Made by a program: the position numbers and the translations under genes. Under the pieces are notes generated by a model. The model worked only from the letters and a program-made list of their open reading frames with translations, ran no database searches and had not been told where the DNA came from. 64,000 nt of DNA from a phage, in NCBI GenBank assembly GCA_033286805.1, contig GCA_033286805.1_4727.1. The stretch is one strand, 5' to 3'. Of the stretch, positions 38,596-47,870 are shown piece after piece. The first letter of the stretch is position 1. Each line of letters begins with the position of its first letter.

Positions 38596-39721
38596 GCCAA
38601 GCAGAAACCTTTAAGGCGTCAACGTTCGGGTATTTATTACGGATGCGTTCAACCAACAAACGCTTAACGTTGTCCTTTGTCAAGTCCCCACCTTTCTCGA
38701 TAACGTTATTGACAAAACTGTTCTTTAATAGCGACTGGTTGTTCTTGGCATCCGTTTTAATTGACCAGACAAAGCCCGGATACAAAGAAGGGATAGAACG
38801 AAACGTTTTCGCTGCGTCGTCTTCCTTATCGCAGCGTATTCGAATATGATCGCCCTTCTTCAATGGAGCCAATTCCCGTTCCAACACACGGACAATTTCA
38901 TCTCCAACAAGACCATGCAGTTTTATCGTCTTATAGACATCTGCTTTCTTGTTCTCAACAAATTCCCACTGGTCGTTAAACGATTCTGTTAACGTATAAC
39001 GGAGATACCCCTTTGGACCTTCTTCGCCATGCGCCAAGCGACCAAACGAACCGCCAACCATGATACGTCCTTTCTGGGATTGTAAGTGGATATGCCCGCT
39101 CACAATCCATCCCTGGGTCTTCTCTACCATTGAGTTATACGCATCACTGCTATGAACACATGTTGCTTTTAACGCTTCTGGTGGAAGCTGATATTCAAAC
39201 GCACCGTGCATCAGAATGAAGTCTGGCGATCCCTTCTCATCAATAAGTCGGTTCACGGCCGACAACGTCACATCCGGATCGTGGCTGTAGTTATCTGGAA
39301 GATAAAGCACTTTTAAACCAAAGTCTTCATCAACCATGCAGAGGTCATCGTAATAACGAACTTTCGCTCCTATCTCCATGACCTCGTTCTGTTCAACGAA
39401 CCACTGACTTTGCTTCTGGTCGTGTAAATTGGTACCCTCAAGAAAGATCAACGTAATATCGTGTTTTCTCGCATACCGTAACAACCAGGTACCCCAGGCA
39501 CGAACAGCAACCACATCACTCGTCACAAATGTCGTAATACGATCGAAGACATCGCCACTGAACGTAATCACATCAAGCAGCGCAGGATCTTCTTTTGTAA
39601 TGTAATAACGCAGTTGGCTAATCAGGTTTACTGTCGGTGTTTGACGATGGATAAAGTGAATATCCGACAAATTGATTCCACGTAATACCCCAGGCGTTTT
39701 ATTTCGACTGAAGTCTCGCAT
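38579..39721 (-). CDS. SbcD/Mre11-like metallophosphoesterase nuclease
   Basis: Motifs INLSDIHF, FSGDVFDR, LEGTNLHD, LMHGAF, VSGHIHLQ in canonical order. Confidence 0.55.
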   Translation of the reverse strand: MRDFSRNKTPGVLRGINLSDIHFIHRQTPTVNLISQLRYYITKEDPALLDVITFSGDVFDRITTFVTSDVVAVRAWGTWLLRYARKHDITLIFLEGTNLHDQKQSQWFVEQNEVMEIGAKVRYYDDLCMVDEDFGLKVLYLPDNYSHDPDVTLSAVNRLIDEKGSPDFILMHGAFEYQLPPEALKATCVHSSDAYNSMVEKTQGWIVSGHIHLQSQKGRIMVGGSFGRLAHGEEGPKGYLRYTLTESFNDQWEFVENKKADVYKTIKLHGLVGDEIVRVLERELAPLKKGDHIRIRCDKEDDAAKTFRSIPSLYPGFVWSIKTDAKNNQSLLKNSFVNNVIEKGGDLTKDNVKRLLVERIRNKYPNVDALKVSAWLDTLP

Positions 39722-40503
39722 CAGAATTCCTCTAGGTTGCTGCTGCTAATAGTCCCCGTCGTAGACGGCATGTTTCTACTGCTCGCTGACGCAGTTGTTG
39801 AAGAAGTTCTGGCTAGATTCAATCCATTTAATAACCCACGCTCTTTTACTGTACGACGTGAACCATCACGAACGTCGTAAAGGGGTACGTTATAATGGTC
39901 AAAAATCCGAAGCCATTGCACGTAATCAGCAACAACATGGTCTTTGCTTTCATTCGGGGCAAAGCGATCAAGCTGATGGTCGACGTAAGCTTTAGCGCTT
40001 TCAGGATTGAAGTTATACTGTCGACGTGCTTTGTCCACCATCGCGAGGAAACACGTGTTGGGGTCACGATTGATGTATGAACGCGTCCTGATAAAGATAG
40101 CCGGTACCGTAAACAGAACCTTGTTGTTATTCCCATCAGCAACGATGTTAACCGCACGATGTGGTTGGCCTGCTATCTTGCACCAATCGTGAACAATGGT
40201 GCTATTACTCAGCATCTCCGCGTATTCAGGATCCTGCGAAAACATTCCTGCGAACGGATACAAGAAATGTTTAACAAACAGCGACTCAGGCAGGATGTTG
40301 GGACGCGTCATCTCCTGTAAACCTTTTCGTAGAAGCTCGCTGTTGTCTACCAGCTCCTGCCACATGTCCGGTCGTGTTTTCGGGATGGACGGATCCTGAG
40401 CGCGGCGAATGCGCTCTTCCTCATTTACAACCACTACCCCAGCCGGATACCCCAATAAATCCGTTCCTTCGCTAACGTTGCTGTTAGTTTGGCGCGCCTT
40501 CAT
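39721..40503 (-). CDS. hypothetical protein
   Basis: 260-aa ORF. Confidence 0.5.
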   Translation of the reverse strand: MKARQTNSNVSEGTDLLGYPAGVVVVNEEERIRRAQDPSIPKTRPDMWQELVDNSELLRKGLQEMTRPNILPESLFVKHFLYPFAGMFSQDPEYAEMLSNSTIVHDWCKIAGQPHRAVNIVADGNNNKVLFTVPAIFIRTRSYINRDPNTCFLAMVDKARRQYNFNPESAKAYVDHQLDRFAPNESKDHVVADYVQWLRIFDHYNVPLYDVRDGSRRTVKERGLLNGLNLARTSSTTASASSRNMPSTTGTISSSNLEEF

Positions 40504-40891
40504 TTACTTCCTCCTGCCACTTGATAAAATTACCACGCTCGGATCGCAGAACACCGCCCAAATCGTACGATATACCTTTCTCTGTGACAATCCCACCAAT
40601 CTGGAGATCAACACGTTCCGTCGTCGGATCGATATACTTGACACGGACTTTCAATTCCACGCGATCGTAATAACGCATTAAATAATCATACAACATCCGG
40701 TATGTCGCATCTTCCAATTTGGGTGCGCTATACTGCGATGTTGCAATGAGGTACGGTAGTGAAACGATAGAGCCTTGGTAGCAATACGACTGGGAATAAT
40801 TCGATATTGCAAAATTGGTCATTAATCCATCCAGCTTTTTTCCCGACGCGGTTAAAAAGCTCGACAGTCCCGGTAACGGATTCGATGCCAT
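40484..40891 (-). CDS. hypothetical protein
   Basis: 135-aa ORF. Confidence 0.45.
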   Translation of the reverse strand: MASNPLPGLSSFLTASGKKLDGLMTNFAISNYSQSYCYQGSIVSLPYLIATSQYSAPKLEDATYRMLYDYLMRYYDRVELKVRVKYIDPTTERVDLQIGGIVTEKGISYDLGGVLRSERGNFIKWQEEVNEGAPN

Positions 40892-40904
40892 GAGGAACTC
40901 CTCT

Positions 40905-41444
40905 TTAAGCGTAATTCATTCCAACCAATCTATCGTAGTTAGGCATATGCCCTAACTCCAGTTCGACGGGCATGGATACATTGGTGCGTGGCGCGTAAAA
41001 TGTTCGCGTATGCATATCGATATACCCACAGTCCAAATAAACAATATCGGACAACTCCGCTGGATGTTTAGGTGCGGGAATCTTTAAGCGATTGTAACAC
41101 TCAAGCTGCCACCAGGCATGAAAAAAGTTATTGTAGGCGTACGATTTACTGTTGGCAACTTTAAGTCCGTAGATCACCCATAACGCCGCCATGAAGTTGG
41201 TCGCGTTAATTCGCATCGGTTGTTCATTATTGAGCATGTGCGTGTAGGTAAACAACGGTGTGTTACCATCACCGAAACGTCCGACTAAGGTATTGTTCGT
41301 GTGTTCGACCTCAAAGGAAAAATGCTGGCTGCTATTGCCATCAAAATGGATCATTCCGTTCTCCTCAAGCTTTTTCATTTCATAGAGTGGTGGAAATTCG
41401 TAGAAAGTTACAAAAATAAAAAAGAATGGGCAGCCCCTCCCCAC
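40905..41444 (-). CDS. hypothetical protein
   Basis: 179-aa ORF. Confidence 0.45.
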   Translation of the reverse strand: MGRGCPFFFIFVTFYEFPPLYEMKKLEENGMIHFDGNSSQHFSFEVEHTNNTLVGRFGDGNTPLFTYTHMLNNEQPMRINATNFMAALWVIYGLKVANSKSYAYNNFFHAWWQLECYNRLKIPAPKHPAELSDIVYLDCGYIDMHTRTFYAPRTNVSMPVELELGHMPNYDRLVGMNYA

Positions 41445-41460
41445 CCGAAGGTAGGGAGAG
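41436..41460 (-). terminator. hairpin after 41474-41938
   Basis: CCTCCC...GGGAGAG stem followed by T-rich run on minus strand. Confidence 0.45.
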
Positions 41461-41473
41461 ACCGCAAATATAC

Positions 41474-41938
41474 TTAAACCAAAGCTGCGATAACGTCGTT
41501 AACATTACGGCCTCGCAACTCTGCCGCTAAACGAATAACCTCATCCAGGGAACGGTTTGTACGAATCTTGGCCACTTTCCAATTTTCAGGATACTGTTCG
41601 AAGTTAAGCAACCAAGTCATTACCTTTGCTTGTTCCATACCGTTGAGTTTGATTGTCGTGCGCGGATTGGCTTTGAACCACTTCTTGCTCAGCTGCGCCA
41701 TACGGCGAACAGGGTAAGCGTAAGCGCGAGTCCAGTCTTTGGACAGATTGTCGAGTAATTCACGGTAGCTGCTGTCGTAGTCTTTGTTGATACGACGTAA
41801 TAACCAGTTGGCGGTCATCTGGTAAAGTTTATCATCTTCACGTAACCGCATACCCGCTACTGCTAAATAAATGATAAGACCTGCGCCCAGGATGAGAGAC
41901 AGGATAAACAGAATTTGGGTTTCTTGTGCTAAAGTCAT
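41474..41938 (-). CDS. membrane protein (N-terminal TM helix)
   Basis: ILFILSLILGAGLIIYLAVAG hydrophobic segment; early-promoter-like motif upstream. Confidence 0.5.
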   Translation of the reverse strand: MTLAQETQILFILSLILGAGLIIYLAVAGMRLREDDKLYQMTANWLLRRINKDYDSSYRELLDNLSKDWTRAYAYPVRRMAQLSKKWFKANPRTTIKLNGMEQAKVMTWLLNFEQYPENWKVAKIRTNRSLDEVIRLAAELRGRNVNDVIAALV

Positions 41939-42024
41939 TTTATTATCCTCGGATTTCGTTAGGATTTAATTTCCAATATAAGGGCAATGTGATATGCCTT
42001 ATACAGTCGATTGATGTTGTACAT

Positions 42025-42050
42025 CACTTAAGTAATATAGCCGTGAAAAA
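42025..42050 (-). promoter_or_regulatory. early-promoter-like motif copy 3
   Basis: Minus-strand TTTTTCACGGCTATATTACTTAAGTG upstream of 41474-41938. Confidence 0.45.
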
Positions 42051-42057
42051 TGTTGGA

Positions 42058-42855
42058 TTAACGTGTTCTCCTATCACGATGCGTATACGACTGAAGACCG
42101 ATGTCCATATGCGGTAACGTCAGCGTCTGCCAGATCTGTCGTGCGTAGCGATCGAGCGTATGATCATCAGTAACACAATCGACGGGTTCGATGAGGTGAG
42201 TCGTATACTGGCTTTTCTCAGAGAAAGGTTCGATGTTAGCTGTATCTCCTAATCCGCTTTTCACCGTGAAGACAAGACGTGTGACTATCATCGCCTTATG
42301 TTGCTGTTCGTTATAACGAAGGCTGCGGTATACGGCATAGCTTCCTCCTTTTAGGCTTCGGGTATAACGAAGGTCGGAGGTCGTCTCGGAAATCTGATAC
42401 AGCATCCAGTCCAACGTATCACGCCAGTACGCATCATCCACATCAGGAACCGTGATACCGTATCGCGTAGGCAGCAGTTCTAAAAGCAATTTATAAAGTC
42501 CGCGACGCAGACCATGCTCTTCTGTTTCCGATAAACCGTTTCCAACGTAACGTGAAATACGCGTACGTAAATACGTACGGATGAACATATTCGCCATCAG
42601 TGTTTTCACTCTGCTACTTGTATCCTCAAAGCGATCAACGCTGAAACTCGTTTCAATCAGCCGTCCATTAAAATACAATGCGGCAACATACATCGCGTTA
42701 TTGCTATCACGTTCAATGTTTAAACGACCGCAGATATTGGCTGCGTCGTTCATGGTAAATTCTAATTTATCGTGTTCGATACGATAGATAATATCCTCTT
42801 GGGTTGCCAGGCTCGCAATGCGACGGTAGCCCGGAGAAGTACGTTTTACACTCAT
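42058..42855 (-). CDS. hypothetical protein
   Basis: Start set to ATG 42855 (MSVKRT) with GAGGA SD; track start 42894 is the ATG inside the TTTATGCCG motif. Confidence 0.5.
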   Translation of the reverse strand: MSVKRTSPGYRRIASLATQEDIIYRIEHDKLEFTMNDAANICGRLNIERDSNNAMYVAALYFNGRLIETSFSVDRFEDTSSRVKTLMANMFIRTYLRTRISRYVGNGLSETEEHGLRRGLYKLLLELLPTRYGITVPDVDDAYWRDTLDWMLYQISETTSDLRYTRSLKGGSYAVYRSLRYNEQQHKAMIVTRLVFTVKSGLGDTANIEPFSEKSQYTTHLIEPVDCVTDDHTLDRYARQIWQTLTLPHMDIGLQSYTHRDRRTR

Positions 42856-42897
42856 GATTGTCCTCGTTTTCAATTTTAAGATTGCATGCGGCATAAA

Positions 42898-42922
42898 CCC
42901 TCCCCGCCTTATGCAGGGAGGG
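42898..42922 (-). terminator. GC-rich hairpin followed by TTTATGCCGC motif
   Basis: CCCTCCC / GGGAGGG stem after stop of 42938-43576. Confidence 0.5.
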
Positions 42923-42937
42923 TAGCCATTAAATGGA

Positions 42938-43576
42938 TTAACCTAATTTACCACCGGCGATGTTGGTGAAATCTTCGCCATCAGGAACTTGCAGTAGGAT
43001 ACGTGCCATGTCCCAGTTGGTTAATGTAATTGCTTTATCATCGATACTCAGTTCTGGTAGGTCGAGTTCATGATCATCAAACTCGTAGGAAATACTCCAC
43101 GTTTCGTCTGTTTTAGGATCGGTTATCAACACACCGTCTGTTACACGCATGTAGTCCGGATGCAATTCATTACTGAATGTGCTGAACGGATCGGTGTAAC
43201 ACTCAGCATACCCCTCGATCTGCTGACGCTGTGCCTTCGTACGTAATTCAGGGCACGCCATGATCAGTTGTCGAGATATGCCGTTTGCAGCACGGAAGTC
43301 TTCCACGGTGTTACATGGCATAACCACATCGTCATGGAAGATGTTCTCCGATTGTCTCAGCAAAGTCTTACGGAGTTCAGCATAGTTTATCTGATTGAAT
43401 GCATCGAACGTTGCTAACGATTCAGCGTAAAAATGCTTTACGTGTTCGCTCGCGCCGCCGAGGCTATTCATCAACTTGTGTCCATACTCCATGAAGCTTT
43501 TATCGAGACCGGAGGACATTTCTCCGAACCTCAGTGCACGATAACTGTCTCGTCCACCTGTAAATATTTGCGCCAT
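42938..43576 (-). CDS. hypothetical protein
   Basis: 212-aa ORF. Confidence 0.5.
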   Translation of the reverse strand: MAQIFTGGRDSYRALRFGEMSSGLDKSFMEYGHKLMNSLGGASEHVKHFYAESLATFDAFNQINYAELRKTLLRQSENIFHDDVVMPCNTVEDFRAANGISRQLIMACPELRTKAQRQQIEGYAECYTDPFSTFSNELHPDYMRVTDGVLITDPKTDETWSISYEFDDHELDLPELSIDDKAITLTNWDMARILLQVPDGEDFTNIAGGKLG

Positions 43577-43591
43577 TACAGGCGTCCTCCT

Positions 43592-43816
43592 TTAGCAATG
43601 GTTGTTAGTTGCTTCTATTTCGTCAAGATAAGGTTCTACGTCATCGCCCTCCACGAATTCGTTGAACCAACAGTCAATGGTAGAAATAACCGGTGACTGG
43701 TGTTCACATTTCTTAGATACCTTAAAAGGTACGTTATTATCCATCATACCGAGTTCGGGTCGGAATCTCCCGAAATGTTTCGCAGTCCAAATGTCTGGGA
43801 CGATATGGTTGTTCAT
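43592..43816 (-). CDS. RNA polymerase beta-prime N-terminal fragment, proposed exon 3
   Basis: Translation MNNHIVPD...GMMDNNVPF matches the bacterial beta-prime segment directly after NADFDGD (QMAVHVPL...ALMMSTNNILSP). Confidence 0.5.
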   Translation of the reverse strand: MNNHIVPDIWTAKHFGRFRPELGMMDNNVPFKVSKKCEHQSPVISTIDCWFNEFVEGDDVEPYLDEIEATNNHC

Positions 43817-44173
43817 CAATATCTTCAATACGAATCGCTACTTCGTATCCGCAGCATTACCTGCAGCTCCTGGTGTTACCAGGATGTTGAGAGTATATCA
43901 TGTCCATATTCCAAATGGAACGTAGGACTTCCGCGCTGGATCTCGCTTGAGACCGCTTACTCGTTGAACGTTCTCCTAAACGGAGCTTCGCTGCTGATTG
44001 GACATTGTTACGTACGGTAGGCGTCCCATTAAAGGGATTTTCATTGAAGCCGCGTACATCCGTTACCTTGTTTCTACCTTATCGGTTCCTCTTACGAGGC
44101 GTAACGGCTTTAGCCTATTCCAGCAATTCACGGAATGCATATTCTCCTTTTCAGGAGATAAGGCCATGGCTCT
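43817..44173 (-). ncRNA. intervening sequence 2 (putative self-splicing intron, group I-like; boundaries approximate)
   Basis: Paralog of IVS1: shared 3' end ...CCTGGTAACACCAGGAGCTGCAGGTAATGCTGCGG...GAAGATA..G and hairpins with compensatory changes; ends in G. Confidence 0.4.
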
Positions 44174-44191
44174 GGCATCACCGTCAAAGTC
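44174..44191 (-). CDS. RNA polymerase beta-prime proposed micro-exon 2 encoding DFDGD(A)
   Basis: Minus-strand GAC TTT GAC GGT GAT GCC; in-frame TGA three codons upstream so it cannot be reached by read-through from exon 1. Confidence 0.45.
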
Positions 44192-44541
44192 CACGTATCT
44201 TCAGTATGGTTCGCTACTCCATACCCGCAGCATTACCTGCAGCTCCTGGTGTTACCAGGACGGAGAGATCATCTCATCACCCACGAAGGGTGTTCCGCGC
44301 TACCCTCAGCGAATTCGAGGGACATGATCGTTGAACCTTCCACCGATAATCGGCGGCTAGGCTGCTGATTGAACATTGTACGTTGGGGTGGCATCCTGGT
44401 GCAGGACTGTCGTTGAAGCCTCCCAACATCCACTCACTTATTTCCGCCTTATCGGCTCCCACAAGGGCAGAGTGGCTTTAGCCCGTCTCAGCAATTCACG
44501 GAATTCAAGCTCTTCCTTTCGGAAGGCAGGGCCTCATTTGA
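44192..44541 (-). ncRNA. intervening sequence 1 (putative self-splicing intron, group I-like)
   Basis: 350 nt between ...GYNA codon (ends in U) and DFDGD codons; ends in G; multiple hairpins conserved by covariation with IVS2. Confidence 0.45.
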
Positions 44542-45792
44542 AGCGTTGTATCCCTTAAGGATCATCACGCTTAACCCGATGGTGTTATCCTGCGGATCGC
44601 GTTTAACCTTGGTGATTTCAAGACATTGGTTACTGCTTCGGTCAAGTGATGGGTTTCGAACAAAGCCGCACACAATCCCATCGAACGGTGTATCAGCAAT
44701 AAGCTCATCGTGCAGCTCGCTCATCATCGGATGATAATTACGGACATGTTCCGCAACGAACGCACGTGCCGCTCTTGGCGAATAACCACGATGGAATAAC
44801 TTGGATTGGATATGTTCTTTATTGGTTAAAGTAAATGGTGCGTATGGGAAATGCAGATGATAATAACGATGGTTCGCTGTTATCGAACTGATTACAGTAC
44901 GCGTGGTGAATGGATGTAATGTACCTAATATGTTTTTACGTGTGATACCTTTCTTCTTACCGATGAACTCATCGAAAATTGCTGCGTGGTATTGCAGTAG
45001 CTTCAGTTGTACTTTCGCCATCCAGTTTTCTTTCTTTCTGGCGCTCAAAGGTGTTGTTGGGTGATAGATACTATTCAACGTACCGATAGCATCGATCGCA
45101 CCTTCCATTTTGCTATCTGCATAACGACCGGTCGGCGTATTTTCGATAACGAACATCATGGCCGCAGGAAAGCTGATATACTGACTGAAGAACTTATCAC
45201 GATGGATACGGATGAATTCTCGTAGCGTGTCAACTTTCTCCGTGTTCTTCGGTCCACGTAACGTGGGTCCTTTATACAAGATCTCCATGATACGATCGAA
45301 GTTCTGTATAAAGCTATTTACGCCACGTCGTATCCCGAATGCATCAAATTGCTGCTCTAGATAGTTCTTGAGTTCAATGGGTCGTTTTACATTTGGACGG
45401 TAACTGGCATCAATGAGCCACGTCATCGTTTCAAAGCTTTTGATATTCAACTCGCTTGCCAGCACGAGATGGACCAACGGGTTAATGAACGCATCGATTC
45501 CTTCAGGGACACGCGCCCAGACCGTCGAACGAATCTCTTGTTCTGCTGGGTAGGTTACAACCGTTTTACAGTTTGGACACACCGTGCCGAGTAGCTCACC
45601 ACGATTGTAGAAACCACAACCACATTGTGGTGTGATATCCAACGTATCGCTGGAGTAAACACGGGTGATAAAACTGTTTAATTTCTTCTTCTCTTCGACG
45701 ACTTTTGTATCGTAATCATTCAACAAAATCGGCGTAAAAGGAAGTTCTGCGAGCTGTCTATCGAAACTCACGATATCGAGCATGATGGCCAT
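44542..45792 (-). CDS. RNA polymerase beta-prime N-terminal fragment, exon 1
   Basis: Zinc-binding CGCGFYNRGELLGTVCPNCKTVV (cf. [23 protein letters not shown]), GKKKGITRKNILG...TRTVISS (cf. [23 protein letters not shown]), ends ...VMILKGYNA; AGGAG SD. Confidence 0.65.
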
Positions 45793-45834
45793 GGGGTATC
45801 TCCTACAAATGAAAAAGAACGTTAGGACGTATAA

Positions 45835-45858
45835 GGGAGGGAGGTTGCCCTCCCTCCC
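45835..45858 (-). terminator. hairpin after 45885-47780
   Basis: GGGAGGGAGG-TTGC-CCTCCCTCCC 10-bp stem. Confidence 0.5.
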
Positions 45859-45884
45859 GTCAGATTACATCGAACGTTCTTCCA

Positions 45885-47780
45885 TTAGAACAGGTTGAAT
45901 GCCCCACCCATGTTGTTAACGCCAACATTCGGACGATCGCTACGTGCGTAGATGTTACCGGAGATGTTACCCAGACCACGAGCACGTGCTGCCATGTTAC
46001 CACGAACGGCGGTACCTGCCAGATGCTGGATGTTCTCAGGACGGATGGTGAAGCCAGCATCAGCCGCAGCTTCGATCAGCGCCTGCAGTGCTAACGGATC
46101 GAAGTCGTAACGCATTGCCCAGCCGGTTTGTTCCCAGCTACCAGACAGAACACGATCGATGATTTCGTGACGAGCGACAACACGCTGAGACATCGTCATA
46201 TCGGTACGGTCGAAGCTGTCTTCCCAAGCTTCTACGGTATCCGGGTTAGTGATGTTCATCATGTACAGATCGTCCATATCACGAATATCGTGACGGTGAC
46301 CATCCTGGTGGTTGTAGTAACCCAGCGGGATACGGTTACCGGTAGCGTAGACCAGCGGTTGGCCGTATTGATATTTCTTGCTGAAGCAACCCAGGGTAGT
46401 ATCATCGAAGGCACGGTAGAGTGCTTTGTAACCTTCGGAGATTTCCCGGACTTCACCTTCAACTTTGCCCGTAAAGATCTTCTCAGCCGCCGGGATCATA
46501 CGCAGCAGCCAGCTATACTCGCCTTCTTCTGGTACGTCGATAGAAATCAGCAGAGACGGATACAGAACCTGTTGCAGGAACTTGTAAATCTGCTCGTTGG
46601 TTTGCGTAGACAGATCCAGCGGTGCAGTCACTTCAGGATCCAGCACCATCGCCAGAGCACCTGGGTTATGCGGACCAATACCACGAGCCGCGTTGCTGAT
46701 TAAAGACTGTGCCCATGCCATGCCGCTGTTCAGCGTAGCGATGGTACCAATCAGACCCAGCACGAAGCTGTTCGGTGTGAACGCATCCAGCTCCAGCGGG
46801 TAAACGCTGGTCATCACGTAACGCGGCTGGTATTGTACAGTCGGCGGTACCGGATAGCCGTTAACCAGAACAGGGCCTTGGTTGAAGGTCGGGTTCTGCG
46901 GGCTGTAGGTCAGGTCAATGTAACCGGTGGTGGCGACCAGACGCTGTTGACTATCGTAATCGCTCATCGCTTGACGGATGCGGTTAGAGATAGTTACAGT
47001 GATGTCAGAACGCACAGGGTTACCAACAATATCGCTGTCCTGCATACCGCTGGTGTTGTACTGAACGCTGCTGATTGGCTGATCGCTTGCCATCATGCCC
47101 AGGTTGAACTGCGGCAGACCCAGTTTATCACCGAGACGGATTTCGATCGCGGTTTGGATTGCGTTATCTGCAGCAGACAGCAGGGTGGTTGCCAGATGCG
47201 CAGATTCAGCGGTGATTTCATTGGTCACCACAGCCAGACCAGCGATACGAACAGTACCGTTAGACTTACCGCCAATAGCTGAATACATTGCCGCCATGAC
47301 TTCGTTGATGAACGTACCGTTCAGGTTATCAACCCAGGTACGCGGTACCAGAATGTTACCATGCGGACCTTGTTCTTCACGACGCGGCAGCGGAGCCAGA
47401 CCAGCAACCAGCGGCAGGACGTAACCGAAGAAGTGGTTATGATCACCAACTTTTGCACCGCTCATAACAACCAGGGTCGGATACGGTACGCTGTACTGGT
47501 TCGGGTCAACCGCAACAAAGATGAAGTCGTCTTTGAACTGGGTATCTTCCAGATATTTCTCCATCAGACGACGGAGATTCAGTACCTGCTCGGAGCCGGT
47601 ATTACGGCTGATACGACGGCTCAGTGTACGGTTGATCGTACGCATCGTATGAGTTACTTTAGGACGGTCGGCAAAATCTGCAGCGGTTTCCAGCGCCTCA
47701 TCAGCACGTTGTGCGGTGCGGGTTTCAGCTGCACGAATTTCTACATTATCGTTACCGTTATTACGTACGTCTAAGCCCAT
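45885..47780 (-). CDS. candidate chimallin (phage nucleus shell protein ChmA) or other major early protein
   Basis: 631 aa; early-promoter-like motif upstream; about 11 genes from PhuZ, matching my recollection of Goslar layout; no sequence-level confirmation possible here. Confidence 0.4.
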   Translation of the reverse strand: MGLDVRNNGNDNVEIRAAETRTAQRADEALETAADFADRPKVTHTMRTINRTLSRRISRNTGSEQVLNLRRLMEKYLEDTQFKDDFIFVAVDPNQYSVPYPTLVVMSGAKVGDHNHFFGYVLPLVAGLAPLPRREEQGPHGNILVPRTWVDNLNGTFINEVMAAMYSAIGGKSNGTVRIAGLAVVTNEITAESAHLATTLLSAADNAIQTAIEIRLGDKLGLPQFNLGMMASDQPISSVQYNTSGMQDSDIVGNPVRSDITVTISNRIRQAMSDYDSQQRLVATTGYIDLTYSPQNPTFNQGPVLVNGYPVPPTVQYQPRYVMTSVYPLELDAFTPNSFVLGLIGTIATLNSGMAWAQSLISNAARGIGPHNPGALAMVLDPEVTAPLDLSTQTNEQIYKFLQQVLYPSLLISIDVPEEGEYSWLLRMIPAAEKIFTGKVEGEVREISEGYKALYRAFDDTTLGCFSKKYQYGQPLVYATGNRIPLGYYNHQDGHRHDIRDMDDLYMMNITNPDTVEAWEDSFDRTDMTMSQRVVARHEIIDRVLSGSWEQTGWAMRYDFDPLALQALIEAAADAGFTIRPENIQHLAGTAVRGNMAARARGLGNISGNIYARSDRPNVGVNNMGGAFNLF

Positions 47781-47845
47781 TTGGGATTCCTCTTTTCTTA
47801 AACTTTATTAAATGACGTCATTGAATCAGCTTCTACTCGCTCATT

Positions 47846-47870
47846 CACCTAGGTAATATAACCCTGAAAT
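47846..47870 (-). promoter_or_regulatory. early-promoter-like motif copy 4
   Basis: Minus-strand ATTTCAGGGTTATATTACCTAGGTG ~73 nt upstream of ATG 47780. Confidence 0.45.

Noticed and set aside
43662-44558. Several short ORFs on both strands in the repeat region
   Set aside because: Region is better explained as two structured intervening sequences plus a beta-prime micro-exon; these ORFs lack starts and RBS and cross the conserved hairpins.
43842-44560. Tandem repeat as a diversity-generating retroelement TR/VR pair or a CRISPR-like array
   Set aside because: Units are ~350 nt and only ~65-70 percent identical with changes at all bases and compensatory in stems; no reverse transcriptase nearby; only two copies and no short spacer-repeat periodicity.
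46128-47774. Four plus-strand ORFs (137-191 aa)
   Set aside because: All antisense within the 631-aa minus-strand gene; typical shadow ORFs.
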